Below are positions 35,401 to 64,000 of a DNA stretch of 64,000 bases, one piece after another. The notes beneath the pieces are model-generated. The model saw only the letters and a list, made by a program, of their open reading frames with translations. It had not been told where the DNA came from and made no database searches. Numbering within the stretch: position 1 is the stretch's first letter; each line of letters begins with the position of its first letter. Source of the stretch: Podarcis liolepis (Eukaryota); the NCBI GenBank assembly GCA_965112155.1, contig OZ218100.1; one strand, 5' to 3'. Both the position numbers and the translations under genes were made by a program.

Positions 35401-38400
35401 ACTGCACAATTTTAGTTTAAGAGCTACCACCGGGTTTTGGCAAGTACTTGGGAGTACCAATACGACGTAAAAGTGAAGAAAGCAAAACATCTCTTAGATG
35501 TGGGATTCTTGATATATTCCATCCAATACAATTTCCATACAGTGGTGCCTCGCAAGACGAAAAACGCGCAAGACGAAAGAGTTTTCCGGTTTTTGAGTCG
35601 TTCCGCAAGACGAATTTCCCTATGGGCTTGCTTCGCAAGACGAAACGTCTTGCGAGTTCTTGCGAGTTTGTTTCCTTTTTCTTAAAGCCGCTAATAGCCG
35701 CTAAGCTGTTAATAGCCGCTAATAGCCGTGCTTCGCAAGACGAAAAAACCCGCAAGACGAAGAGACTCGCGGAACGGATTAATTTCGTTTTGCGAGGCAC
35801 CACTGTACCATCTCACAGCAAGTTGGTGATCATTTCTATCACCTATGATACAAGAACTAAAAGGTGTAATTCTGAAAGGCTATTCTTCAGAGGCATACCT
35901 GTCCAAATCACTTAGACTATCAACTGGTGAGCCTAGTCTATCAGATATTCTCTTTCTCTCAGGTGTGTCAATGCCGTAACGGTCATTGCCAACTGTGATC
36001 CGTAAATTCTGTTCCACTGAAGACTCAGAATGTCGACTTGGAGAATGCTGGCCTGGGGAACGTGAGCGCCGGCCCGGGGAACGTGAGCGCCGGCCCGGGG
36101 AACGTGAGCGCCGGCCCGGGGAACGTGAGTGCCGGCCCGGGGAACATGAGCGCCGGCCTGTGGAACGTCTCTGCAATTGGAGAAAAATACAGTTCCATCA
36201 TGCTAATTATTAGGATAGATTACGTTATTGTTGTAAGCTGCTTTGACATCACCTTTGTTGCTTTGAAATGAAAACTAATCAAATTAAATTCAAGGAATAA
36301 CCCAAAACCACTGTGAAATTAAACAATTTAAAGTGTTAACGCCAACTTAAATCAGACAATGCACATCAAACTTGCACTCATCTGCACTGAAGGCATCTGT
36401 GAACACATGCGTAGGCAATGGAACTAGATTGACAACTTTACCATTAAGAAAAATTGCAGCCAATAATGTAGAGCAGAAAATATCCCCAGTGATGTTTGTT
36501 TCTACAGAATATTCTCACTTTCTTGGAATATATTGTTTCATAAAATTAATTAGTAATAAAATGGATGGAAATAATAGAGTTAAATTTGGGGCATTTCAAA
36601 GTTTCAACAACATTTTTTTTGGTTAGATGACTGTCTCTGGAAAGCATCTTCTCTCTCACATGAGAACTACTGATTTGTAGATTTGTGTGCTCAAGAATGC
36701 ATGTATAAACAAGGCTTAATTAAAATCCAAAAACCAAATACAGTGGTACCTCTGGATACATACACCTCTGGTTGCGTATCCTTCGGGTTACGCATGCGGC
36801 AAAGCCGGAAGTATTTTTCTGGGTTTTGCCGCGTGCATGTGCAGAAGCGCTCTACCGCACCGCGTGCAGAACAGGCACCTCCGACTGCAAATTCCTCAGG
36901 ATCTGACCAGAACTCCGGAACGGATCCCATGCACAACCGGAGGTACCACTGTAATTCAAATAAACTAAATCCAATCCCAATCAATTTAAGGCACTGAAAA
37001 ATTCTGATTCAAAATTATTCAGAAAACTCACGTAACTGCTTTGCCACAGTACATGACTACTGGTGAATTCATGTTTATAAATATGCAATTTTATATGGGT
37101 AGTTTTATAAACTCCACCCATGTATCACTTATGCCATGAGCAGAAATAAAACCATAATTGCAGTTTGGGGCTCCTTTATCTAACCTGGAAGTGACTTATG
37201 TCCCTCTCAAGTAGGCTACTGTTCACTTCTAAGTTGGGTTTCAACTCCCCAGCTATCACAGGTTTTCAACCTTTCCTTTTCAGAACACTGGGCAGCAAGT
37301 CAGCAGTCTGGATTTTCAGGAAAATCTTTATACAATACTATTAATTTCCAGAAATCTTGCCTGAGTATTGTACAATTATTTTAAAAATGGCCTGAGTCAA
37401 TTTCACTATTTTTTAATGCCACTGAATATTTGGGGAAAGCTCCTGCTCGCTTGGTTGGGCTGATCACAAGCAGCTCTGCTCATTCTAAGCCAGAAGATCA
37501 AAAAGGACCAGTAGCAGGTTCTTACTCATACTCTAGGAGCTTTAATGAAAGGTCCCCACAATTCTGTTCAGTTTTCTTGATCTACATATTACATCAGTGC
37601 TGTGCCCCCAGCACTATTTTCCTTAGAGCAGAGGTAGCTAACCCCTGGCCTGGAAGCTGAATCAAGCCTCCCAAATCATTTCCCTGACCCTCTAAAAAAC
37701 CTACCAATTTTGGAAGCAAATGAGATAACACATTGGGGTGTGTGAAGTAAACAAAAACACACACACACAGTCTAGTGCCCTGATGACGATCCAATCAATC
37801 CCTGCCCAGCCATCAGTCTGATAACTTGATGAACAGGGAGGTCCCTGCTGGGCTGGGGAATGTGAGGGCCAGCTTGAGGAACAGCTAAGGGCCAAGGGCC
37901 TATGTGCCCTGTGTGCACATGTGAGTGTGGGTATGGAAGCATGGGATGGCCACATCCACCACTGGCATGAGGTCCCTGGAGGTCTGCTTAAATGTGTATG
38001 TGACCCATGGGTTAAAAAAAATCTATAATGATGGGAAAGGATTTGGCCCCACACTGCTTACAGCAGTTTTTCCTCAAACTTGAGTCCCCAGCTATTGTTG
38101 GATTACAACTCCTATCACCTTAAGTTAGCAGGACCAGTGGTCAGGAATGATGGGAGTTGTAGTTCAACAACAGCTGGGGATCCATGTTTGAAAAACACTG
38201 GAGGCTGCCACCTTTAATTTCCAAGAAATTGCGTGCTAGGCTAAAAAAAAACACCACTCTTGCTGTCTGCCCACATAACTGATTTATTTCCCTCAGTAAC
38301 GGCTAAGTATTTTCTAGTACTGCTTTAAGAGATGGGGTATAAAAAGTTTTTATTGTATAAACTTACGGTAATTTGTCTAACAGCAATCCTAAACAGAGTT

Positions 38401-39683
38401 ATCAGAAATCAAATCCCATTGAATATAAAGAGGCTTATTTTTGAGTCAATATGCTTAGGATTGTGTTATATTCTGCTATAGGAACAAGCATAGTAAAATT
38501 ATAAATCAAAACAAATATACTAAAACTCTTCTAAACCTATACTATGTTTAGTTTCAAACTTAGCATGGTCCTACGTTCCTATTCAATCCACAAAGAACTA
38601 AGCTCCCACAACCCACAAGCATTCTCTGCTTTTCTAAGAAAGAATAATGACCAAAGAACCTGAAGATAAATTCCCAAAAACATGTTGGGCAACCCTACCA
38701 TTAGGAAATGAAGAGTGTGCCTTAGGCAACTGCTTTTAAGGGTAATGGAAGGGCAGCGAATCTGTAGTAGTCTGTTATTGTTATCTTCCTACTGCCAGCA
38801 AGGGGGGTGGAAGAGGTTTTTCTGGATTTTCTGTCTCATGTTCCAAAATCACTGAACCAGCCTTGGATACCAAAATCACTGAACCAGCCTTATGAACCAT
38901 AAACGGAGGGCAGGTGTACCACTTGCTCCTTCACCTTAGGCAACCTCTTAGGTCAGCTCTAAACTTACTGAGACGTCTTACTAAATTAAATTACTGTCAA
39001 GTAAGTGTGCATAGGATTGCGTCCTCCGTGACTTTTTTTGGGGGGGGGGAGCCCGCCAACTTTGGCTGAACAACTATGCCTTTGTGTTAGTCCTCCCCTA
39101 ACCAAAACTGTGCTTGCAGGTACAACTGTTGGGGGATGCAAGAGGTTGCTAAGGCCCTGGCCCAGCGATGTGAGAGGTCTTTGTGCACTTCGGGAGGAAA
39201 GGAAGATTCGCCTTTCCTGAAACCTGCAGGAAAGGTGACGACAGGAAGAGACCAAAGGGGATATATCCTCCGTTTGTCACCACTTCGGTGTGTGGCTCAG
39301 GCGAGAAAGCGAGCGGCCAGGCAGGGAGCCGTTGCCATAGCCGTGGGGAGGGGGGGATAAAGGGGAGGGCGGACTAATATTCCCAAGGCCCGGTCCTTAG
39401 GTCGCTATGCCGGGCAAGCCTGCTCTGAGCCGGCCCGGTTCCGGCTCCCCACGGACGGAGACCGTACCCGACTACTGCGGCGCGGGGACGGCAAGCGGCG
39501 AGAAGAGCGGCTGCTGGACGGCGAACGGTACCGGCGGCCTCGCGGGGAAGGCGAGCGCGAGCGTGAGCGGCGCGGGCTCCGGCCCCGCGTCGAACCGGAG
39601 GCAGCGGAGCGGGAACTGCGCGAGCCCGATCTACTGCTCTCTTTGGACCGGCTGGAGGAAGACACGCTACTGGTACGGTACAT
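17297..39683 (-). CDS. ZNF318: ZNF318 (TZF) zinc finger protein, complete 10-exon CDS, about 2677 aa
   Basis: Exons 39683-39468, 36170-35899, 31923-31320, 31004-29598, 28607-28508, 28204-27921, 25554-25354, 24924-24825, 23356-23238 and 22027-17297 splice in frame (8034 nt). Recognised motifs: RS-rich N-terminus, LRITVGND, HERASQDGSGFSRIL, IEDEEKFLYGD, EYEKIHDLLKTIGLDIGVAEIGKLAARTQERLHGKK, matrin-type fingers HWCKDCNTICGTMFDFFTHMHNKKH and YCQLCQEFFGDQISAEQHVKNNPH. Confidence 0.95.
19163..20332 (-). repeat. Coding tandem repeat array (13 degenerate units, 354-nt higher-order period) in ZNF318 exon 10
   Basis: Recurring KSxDDKELAMQLS / ETAELAMQLPES; ttcttccaaa anchor at 20171, 19817 and 19355. 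Confidence 0.85.
22221..22340 (+). mobile_element. tRNA-Lys-derived SINE, second copy
   Basis: agctcagtcg...ggttcgagcctcactgggcaaaagattcctgcgttgcaggggg...gtcccttccaactctac. Confidence 0.75.
22571..22608 (-). ncRNA. Minimal type I hammerhead ribozyme motif (sense to ZNF318 pre-mRNA)
   Basis: GUAU-CUGAAGA-A-GUGUGC AU GCACAC-GAAA-GC-UC-AUAC: catalytic core, 6-bp stem II, 4-bp stem I, palindromic AGCU stem III. Confidence 0.75.
22938..22975 (+). ncRNA. Minimal type I hammerhead ribozyme motif (mirror copy)
   Basis: gtatCTGAAGAagtgtgcatgcacacGAAAgcTCatac. Confidence 0.75.
23238..23356 (-). CDS. ZNF318: ZNF318 exon 9 (119 nt, zinc finger 2)
   Basis: GSEFLIPVTGYYCQLCQEFFGDQISAEQHVKNNPHNEKYK. Confidence 0.92.
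23565..24612. mobile_element. Tigger-like non-autonomous DNA transposon, family B, long form (~1.05 kb)
   Basis: TA|CAGTGGTACCTCGC ... GCGGGGCACCACTG|TA; repeated subterminal CGCAAGACGA motifs; internal ~150-bp-period duplication (~23970 and ~24120). Confidence 0.8.
24825..24924 (-). CDS. ZNF318: ZNF318 exon 8 (100 nt)
   Basis: TLDPYNRPWDLKTQTETKQDLTKRIDKIPVPAK, donor gtaagt. Confidence 0.92.
25354..25554 (-). CDS. ZNF318: ZNF318 exon 7 (201 nt, zinc finger 1)
   Basis: YDYYDTGNHWCKDCNTICGTMFDFFTHMHNKKHRQ. Confidence 0.92.
25986..26122 (+). mobile_element. Short Penelope-like 3' fragment with a small inverted 5' piece
   Basis: cacgaaagctcatacc...taaggtgctactggaagga...gactatggcagaccaacacggctacc matches the 22.5-kb element; preceded by the inverted piece cacacttcttcagatacac. 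Confidence 0.75.
27921..28204 (-). CDS. ZNF318: ZNF318 exon 6 (284 nt)
   Basis: GEMLRKKRREKDGHKDPLL...ELDKVAQILGINIF...TSNSVK. Confidence 0.9.
28508..28607 (-). CDS. ZNF318: ZNF318 exon 5 (100 nt)
   Basis: VMEEREKLRSEQEARQKKLHYLKTELERLSKQQ, coiled-coil-like. Confidence 0.9.
29598..31004 (-). CDS. ZNF318: ZNF318 exon 4 (1407 nt)
   Basis: ttttag|PEVFSS...RNRASQKLK|gtgagt. Confidence 0.92.
31320..31923 (-). CDS. ZNF318: ZNF318 exon 3 (604 nt)
   Basis: DDLADGPIFSRG...PKKSILKKRVDNPSVQ; phases match neighbouring exons. Confidence 0.9.
32437..32488. repeat. (CA)n microsatellite
   Basis: Direct reading of the sequence. Confidence 0.9.
33476..33816. mobile_element. hAT-superfamily MITE
   Basis: 14-bp TIR CAGGGATGTCCAAC/GTTGGACATCCCTG with a perfect 8-bp TSD CTGTAGAC (33468-33475 and 33817-33824). 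Confidence 0.88.
35540..35805. mobile_element. Tigger-like MITE, family B, short form
   Basis: TA|CAGTGGTGCCTCGCAAGACG ... TTGCGAGGCACCACTG|TA; ends match 23565-24612. Confidence 0.85.
35899..36170 (-). CDS. ZNF318: ZNF318 exon 2 (272 nt)
   Basis: ttgcag acceptor; GRRSRSP repeats then LRITVGNDRYGIDTPERKRISDRLGSPVD; donor gtatgc. Confidence 0.9.
36051..36168 (-). repeat. 21-bp coding minisatellite (GRRSRSP, about 5 copies) in ZNF318 exon 2
   Basis: (ccggcccggggaacgtgagcg)n, central copies identical. Confidence 0.9.
36741..36951. mobile_element. Tigger-like MITE, family C
   Basis: TA|CAGTGGTACCTC ... GAGGTACCACTG|TA with a distinct internal sequence. Confidence 0.8.
38064..38200. mobile_element. 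Short palindromic MITE-like element (ctacaactcccatca family)
   Basis: tccccagctattgttggattacaactcctatca ... tgatgggagttgtagttcaacaacagctgggga forms a hairpin. Confidence 0.65.
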
Positions 39684-40060
39684 GGCGCTGCCGGTAGTGG
39701 CGGCGGCGGCGGCTCAAGGAGCCCCGGAGGCCGCCCGCCCTCACTCCTCGCCGAGGCCGCTCCTCCTTGCTCCTCCTGCTGACCATCCTCCCTCAGCACG
39801 CTCCATGCGTGCATGCGCGCGCGCACCGGACGCAAACGCAAGAGCCCGAGGTTACAAAAAGCTTCCTCGGGCCGCCCCGACAAAATGGCGGATAGGGAAG
39901 GCGGGTCACGTGTCGCGTGCGAGGGAAGAGGCGGGGTTGGGGGGAGATGCATCAGCTAGCCCTGCGAATGGCGCACGGACGGAGGAAATAGCGGGGGGCG
40001 GGCCTTGAGTCACGTGATAGGGAGGAAGGTCAGCGCAACGAGAGGCGGTCCCCAGTGTAA
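39280..40060. promoter_or_regulatory. CpG island / ZNF318 promoter
   Basis: Very high CpG density; NRF1-like TGCGTGCATGCGCGCGCGCA (39806-39825), YY1-like CAAAATGGCGG (39881-39891), two GTCACGTG E-boxes (~39905, ~40009), GC box at ~39995. Confidence 0.8.
39468..39683 (-). CDS. ZNF318: ZNF318 exon 1 coding part (216 nt, RS-rich)
   Basis: MYRTSSVSSSSRSKESSRS...RRSSR, donor gtacgg, inside CpG island. Confidence 0.82.
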
Positions 40061-40181
40061 ACTGCAGTGTTTATTAGGCTGCCCTAATAATATAGGTCCA
40101 ACCTCCGTCTCCCATGTGTGCGCTAACTCTCCCCTGCCAACGTCCTCTGAGCTTAATACGTCTGCTGGAAAAAGTTTAATA

Positions 40182-40407
40182 CAGTGGTACCTCGGGTTAC
40201 ATACGCTTCAGGTTACAGACCCCACTAACCCAGAAATAGTGCTTCAGGTTAAGAACTTTGCTTCAGGATAAGAACAGAAATCGTGCTCCAGCGGCGCTGC
40301 AGCAGCAGGAGGCCTCATTAGCTAAAGTGGTGCTTCAGGTTAAGAACAGTTTCAGGTTAAGTACGGACCTCCGGAACGAATTAAGTACTTAACCTGAGTT
40401 ACCACTG
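40182..40407. mobile_element. Tigger-like MITE, family A (opposite orientation to the 10138 copy)
   Basis: Same TIRs and TA TSD; body is the reverse complement of 10138-10379. Confidence 0.85.
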
Positions 40408-41649
40408 TAAACTAAGGAGGTTTACCTGTTAGCAACGTGCGGAGGGGAAGCGTCACCTGTTGAATGCGTGCCTGTGACGCGCTTCATTCAGGATATGAAT
40501 TTAGACGCATGGATTCAATTCTAGCGAATGATTTCTGATAAGTTTTTAACTGTTGTTCATGGTGATGCTGTTCTCGTCGCTGATTTTAGCTTTGTGTTTT
40601 CTTGAATCGTATGCAAGCTGCTTTGGGGACCATTCACGGGCAGTTAAGGGCATAGATGTTTTTGAGTAAATAAACAAAATACTTCTGAATAAACATTCTT
40701 AAGAATGCCATTGGTCACAGAAAGATTGATCATAAAATTTATCCTTATCTTCAGTAATATCACGAAAACAAGATAAGGTAGAACAAAGTCCAATGTGAAG
40801 GAAGTTACCATAATTCAAAGGCTGAGGGCACTTACATAGGAAGTCATTGGTAAATGGCGAATCTCTAGTGGTGTTTAACCACCTGTTTGGAGGTTACTAT
40901 ATATCATTAAAATGCAGTGAAGATTTTAGGTAAGTGTCAATTACTTTTTGTGTTGAATTTTCAGTTGAGAGGTCTTCTGGCCTTTTTATCAGGAACTAGA
41001 AGGCAGTGAGGAATGACAGGCAATAGACTTGTTGTCTATTCTGCTGCATCACCTTTAGCCTCTGGGATGGCAGGCAGATAACACCCACCAACTAAGCAAA
41101 TTTGGCCCAGGGGCTGCCAGAGCTGTAGCACTTTGCATGCAATCCTGGGAATCTTGAGGTAGAGCTGGGAAGGTGTTCCGTCTGAAATTCTGGAAAGTCA
41201 TTGCCTGTCAGTGTTGATAGTAGGTACTAAGTTACTACTACTGGACCAATGCTCTGAGTCGGTATCAGGCAGCTTCCTTTGTCCCTGTCTCTGAACCCTA
41301 CTTGACATTTTGCCTTTGGGCATTTTTGAAACAGAAGCCAAGCCAGTTATTATAAAAGAGATCCGTATGGATCATCATAGTACTTACAAAGGACCCACTC
41401 AAAACCACCATCAAATCATAGACTACCTCACACATATGTTCTGTGATTTCTTGGTGGCTTTGTTGTCAATATATGTAAAAATCATGAGGATTCTTGCCTT
41501 GGATCAATATTTTCTTTTGTGGTGCTGCCGAACACTAGAGCTGTGATTTATGTTCTGCTCTATTTCAATAATTTTGTGTACACTCTAACTCTCATGATCC
41601 ACTGCCCTGGAGGGGGTGGGTGGGAAGGTTGTAAAATCAAACTATGGGA

Positions 41650-43350
41650 AAGGATCTCAACATTACATAACCAGCAACGCGATTAGTTCACCCGCTGCCA
41701 GCTTCTGCTCGCCCTGCCAACATGCCGGGACACCCTCCCACCTCTAGAGGACGCTAGAGCGAAAGTAAGTTGGTTGCAGCAGGGGAACGAAATGCCCATA
41801 GACGAAAAAAGGGATAGAGCAACATACCCTTGGCTTCCTGTTTTTTGGAGGGGGCGGGGCTTTCATTTTACAATGGAAACAGCGTCCTCATTCAGGGAAG
41901 CGCAGGTCAAACTGCGCTGGGGTTTGATGGGGGCGATGTAAGTGACCACTCAACTGACATTTGCTTTAACGCGAGGTATGTTTTGAATGGGTTGTCTTTT
42001 TTCTGTTCTGCATTCTGTTTTCCATACAGTTGTGTGGAGCATTGCAGCTAACACAGAACACCTGCGCGGGCGAGTTCACCTGAAATACCTGTAACGTGTA
42101 TTGTGATGCCGTTGCTCTCCTATCTCTCTACTTTGCGGACGATTGCATCCCTGACGTTGCATTTTGCCAAAAGGCTGAGTAACAGGTGATAAGTTCTCAA
42201 AGCTGTCTATGAAACACGAGGAACCTCAGCCCCGTGTGCAACGTGGCGATCAAAATACCTCCAGAGTCCGAGGATAACAAACGTTGCATCCAACGTTAGT
42301 TACACTCAAACTAGACCCGTTGAAATGAGCAGGCGCATTAATTTCAGTGGGCTTCCTCTGAGCAAAACGTATAAAGTTGGATACAGCCTTGGTCTACATA
42401 ACAGGGGTGCTGTAAGCCACACTCTGCCCGTCTCACCACTTGCAACAAGGAGACAAGATTGCAAAACTGCTATAGATCACTCTCGGCCACTCGACCTTGC
42501 ACTAGGAGGATTTAACAGCAGGCAACCCGCAGTAAGAGCACAATAAATCCCAGCCTCCCCGCTCCTGCTTAAATTTTAAAACCAACCTAACACAACACGC
42601 ACACGTGTTGGTGTCGTTACAGATCCCACTTGGGTTATTTCTTGCTTTCGATTCTACTTTAGTTTGCTCAGTTGGCGAGGGGAGAGACGGAAAAGCACAG
42701 CTTTGATACAACCCCGGATTCCACTATTGTTTCCTATTTAGCAACTGTCACTTTCACGTTTCCTTAGTATGAAAAGGCAAAGCAAAACACAATGGCAAAA
42801 ATAACCAGGAAGCGCAGCGTTGTATTTATTTATTTATTTATTTGGTCATATGAAAGGAGCCGGCTTTGGAGTTCCGGTTCTGCCGCTGAGTCAAGGTAGT
42901 GCCTGGGAAAGAAAGGGCTTCGGTGGGTTGAACTATCCCGTCTCTGGGTGGGTCGACCGAAGCCTCCGTCAGGCTGGGGACCGACTGGAGGAGAGCGCCG
43001 GAGAGGAGCCGCTCGGCTTCTCCCACCCGCTCGCTCTGCTTCGTAGAGTAGGCTTCCGCCTCTCCTATGTGCACCCACAGCTCCCTGGAGGCTCTTTTGC
43101 ACTGCTCCGTTGCTCCTACGGAGGAAAGGGCATTTGCAACGTGCAACGGAAATTTTATGGTCACGTTTCAGAACAGACGGAAACGATAGACTCCAAGCCT
43201 TCATGTCATCATCCATCTGTCCATGCTAAGTCTCTCGTTGTGCGAAGGCGAAGGCCTTCCGCCACACCGGGCTTTACCGTGAGTTTGAGGCCGAGGCCAT
43301 GATTTCTAGGCATCGTTCACACGAGGTTGCTCTCAATTAGAGGCGCCCTA
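41650..43350. promoter_or_regulatory. CpG-enriched region, probable ABCC10 promoter / non-coding first exon(s)
   Basis: CpG-rich patches upstream of the ABCC10 ATG exon, which has its own acceptor at 44293; candidate + strand donors GAG|gtatgt (41976) and AAG|gtagtg (42896). Confidence 0.5.
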
Positions 43351-44327
43351 CCTCCTTTTAAGGATTTTCCCCATCCTTAAAAAAATCCGAAAAGGAACTC
43401 AGCTGCCCAAGCAATTCTGTTCTTGCCTGGCTGCCCGGCAGACAGTTGCTGTTCGCGTTTTCTTTATTTTAAGGTGGCACCAGAAAGATCTGTGCGATCT
43501 GAGGAAAGCCTGGGAGGAGGCGAGGGGTAGGAAATCCGTAGTTTGTGTTTGTTTGCAGAGTGGAAAAGGAAAAGAGACCTTCCTTCTGCTTTCTCACTTC
43601 CAGCCATTCATTGAAAACTGGAGAAGGAACCCACATAATAATAATGGGGGTGGATGGGCAGCATGGCTTTGACTGATAGAGGAAGGAGGTTAGTGCCTGT
43701 ATGAAGAAGCAGCACTTTGGAAGCCTTCAGTCTTAAAGGAGAAACATCTACTTGGCTGTTTGGTTTGTAAAACAATTGATTGCATTTAGGATCATGCCCT
43801 TGTATGGACCTGCCCTAAAAAGATCTGAAGTGTTGGCAAATCACCACCACCTCTTTTCAGTACTTATTGACAGTTTCAATGAAACCTACAGTAATGGAGA
43901 AGATTCTGTGAAAATGCATTTCTCTCACAGGAATGACTACAGCCACCACTCCTGCATCCTGGGATGGGGGGATTTTTATGCAGGTTAGACCTGGATACCT
44001 CTTTACCGTCACCAGTCATGTTGGAAACTTTAGCAGAAGGTCTCCCTCTCAAAAGTGCCAACATACAAGATTTTGTATTTGATGAGATTATGAATTTTAT
44101 TACTTTTTCTGACAGCTGGAAAAATGGTAGGTGGAATTAATGTGTGTATCTCATTTTGCAGTGCTTGTACAAAGAAAAGAAGGAAATATAGTGGTAAAAG
44201 GGTTTTATTCTTCATTGCAAGAATGTTCAGGTTGTGCCATAAATTACTTCTTCTTTATGCTTCATTCATTGTTTTCCTGTCTTTTCCTTTAGGAACTCTT
44301 GACCGTTGAACTTGTTGCTGACAGAGG

Positions 44328-62869
<18,542 letters not shown>

Positions 62870-62922
62870 TGAAGTGCTTCAGGAAGTATTAATTAGTATC
62901 AGTGCTTGGATTATGGGAGGAA

Positions 62923-64000
62923 AGAGAGCGTTGGTGGCAGAAAACTCACTCCGAATCTGACCGGACACAGGTTAGAGCTCAACGTCGAGCCTACCAAGTG
63001 GCGATAGCGACGGTGAAGAAGACTTTCTTCACCGCCTCTATTGCATCTGCAGAAAATAGTAGCAGGAGACTCTTTCAGGTGGTTCGCAATTTAACGGAAC
63101 CACCTTTACCACCGGGACCTTGTAAAGACCCCAAGATCTCCTGCAATGATTTTGCTAAGTTTTTTGCAGATAAAATCACTCATATTCGGAAGGAGCTAGA
63201 CACCACCGTGGGAGCAGGGCCGGGGCGGGAGAGTGCCAGAGCTCTGTCTGGTCAAGTTGCATGGAATCAATTTCAATCCGTTACCCCCGAGGATGTGGAC
63301 AGGCTGCTTGGACGCGTGAAACCAACCACCTGTCTCTTTGATCCTTACCCATCCTGGCTAATAAAAGCAAGCCGGGAAGGGCTGGGCGATGGGCTCTGCG
63401 GGGTGGTGAATGCTTCCCTCTGTGAGGGAACATTCCCAGATCCGCTGAAAGAGGCGGTCATTAAACCGCTTCTTAAAAAAACATCTTTAGACCCGGCCAG
63501 TATGGCCAACTATCGCCCAGTCTCAAATCTTCCATTCTTGGGCAAGGTGATTGAGCGCGTGGTTGCTGAACAACTCCAGGCACGCGTGGAGGATGCGGAC
63601 CATTTGGATCCCTTCCAATCGGGATTCAGGCCTCACCATGGGACTGAAACTGCCTTGGTCGCGCTGGTTGATGACCTCCGGCGAGCTAGGGACAAAGGTG
63701 AGAGTTGTTTCCTGGTTCTGCTGGATCTCTCAGCGGCCTTTGATACAATCGACCATAACATCCTTCTGGACCGTCTAGAGGGGCTGGGAGCTGGGGGCAC
63801 TGTTATACAGTGGTTTCGCTCCTTCCTCCTGGGCCGTGTTCAGAAAGTGGTGGTGGGGGATGAGTGTTCAGACCCCTGGGCCCTCACTTGTGGGGGTGCC
63901 TCAGGGTTCCGTCCTCTCCCCCATGCTATTTAACATCTATATGAAGCCGCTGGGAGAGATCATCAGGGGGTTTGGACTGGGTGTCCATCAATATGCAGAT
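62923..64000 (+). mobile_element. Young 5'-truncated L2-clade LINE, ORF2 (RT), in the last ABCC10 intron; runs off the window
   Basis: ANYRPVSNLPFLGKVIERVV...DPFQSGFRPHHGTETAL...LLDLSAAFDTIDH; after a +1 frameshift at ~63895 it continues [17 protein letters not shown]...HQYAD. Confidence 0.92.

Noticed and set aside
35417-35915. 128-155 aa ORFs as a possible transposase (also 23502, 36683, 61497)
   Set aside because: They lie within short MITEs; no HTH or DDD/E motifs
36051-36168. CRISPR-like array
   Set aside because: Head-to-tail 21-bp repeats with no unique spacers, inside a vertebrate coding exon; no cas genes
39374-40008. Extra genes in the CpG island (192-aa and 121-aa ORFs) and 42820-43302
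   Set aside because: Stop-poor GC-rich DNA with no recognisable domain; only the MYRTSS frame matches ZNF318

Overview
Eukaryotic (vertebrate) genomic DNA. The repeat content (Tigger-like MITEs, L2 LINEs with (TTA)n tails, tRNA-Lys/CR1 SINEs, Penelope elements) suggests a squamate reptile, probably a lacertid lizard; this is inference, no search was run. Three intron-containing genes were reconstructed by hand from GT-AG sites and reading-frame phase. (1) FAM98A on the - strand: first five coding exons at 6811-1285, continuing off the left edge. (2) ZNF318 on the - strand, complete: 10 coding exons at 39683-17297, about 2677 aa, two matrin-type zinc fingers. (3) ABCC10/MRP7 on the + strand, head-to-head with ZNF318: 20 coding exons at 44328-62670; the last exon lies beyond the right edge, past an L2 LINE insertion. 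The most notable observations: a young 545-bp palindromic Penelope-like insertion in ZNF318 intron 9 with a 14-bp TSD, carrying a minimal hammerhead-ribozyme motif on each strand; a ~390-aa array of 13 degenerate repeats resembling MIU ubiquitin-binding motifs in the last ZNF318 exon; an inverted pair of L2 3' ends placed right next to ABCC10 splice sites (back-splicing geometry); and a possible spliced uORF upstream of FAM98A. No CRISPR array, rRNA or true tRNA genes were seen.
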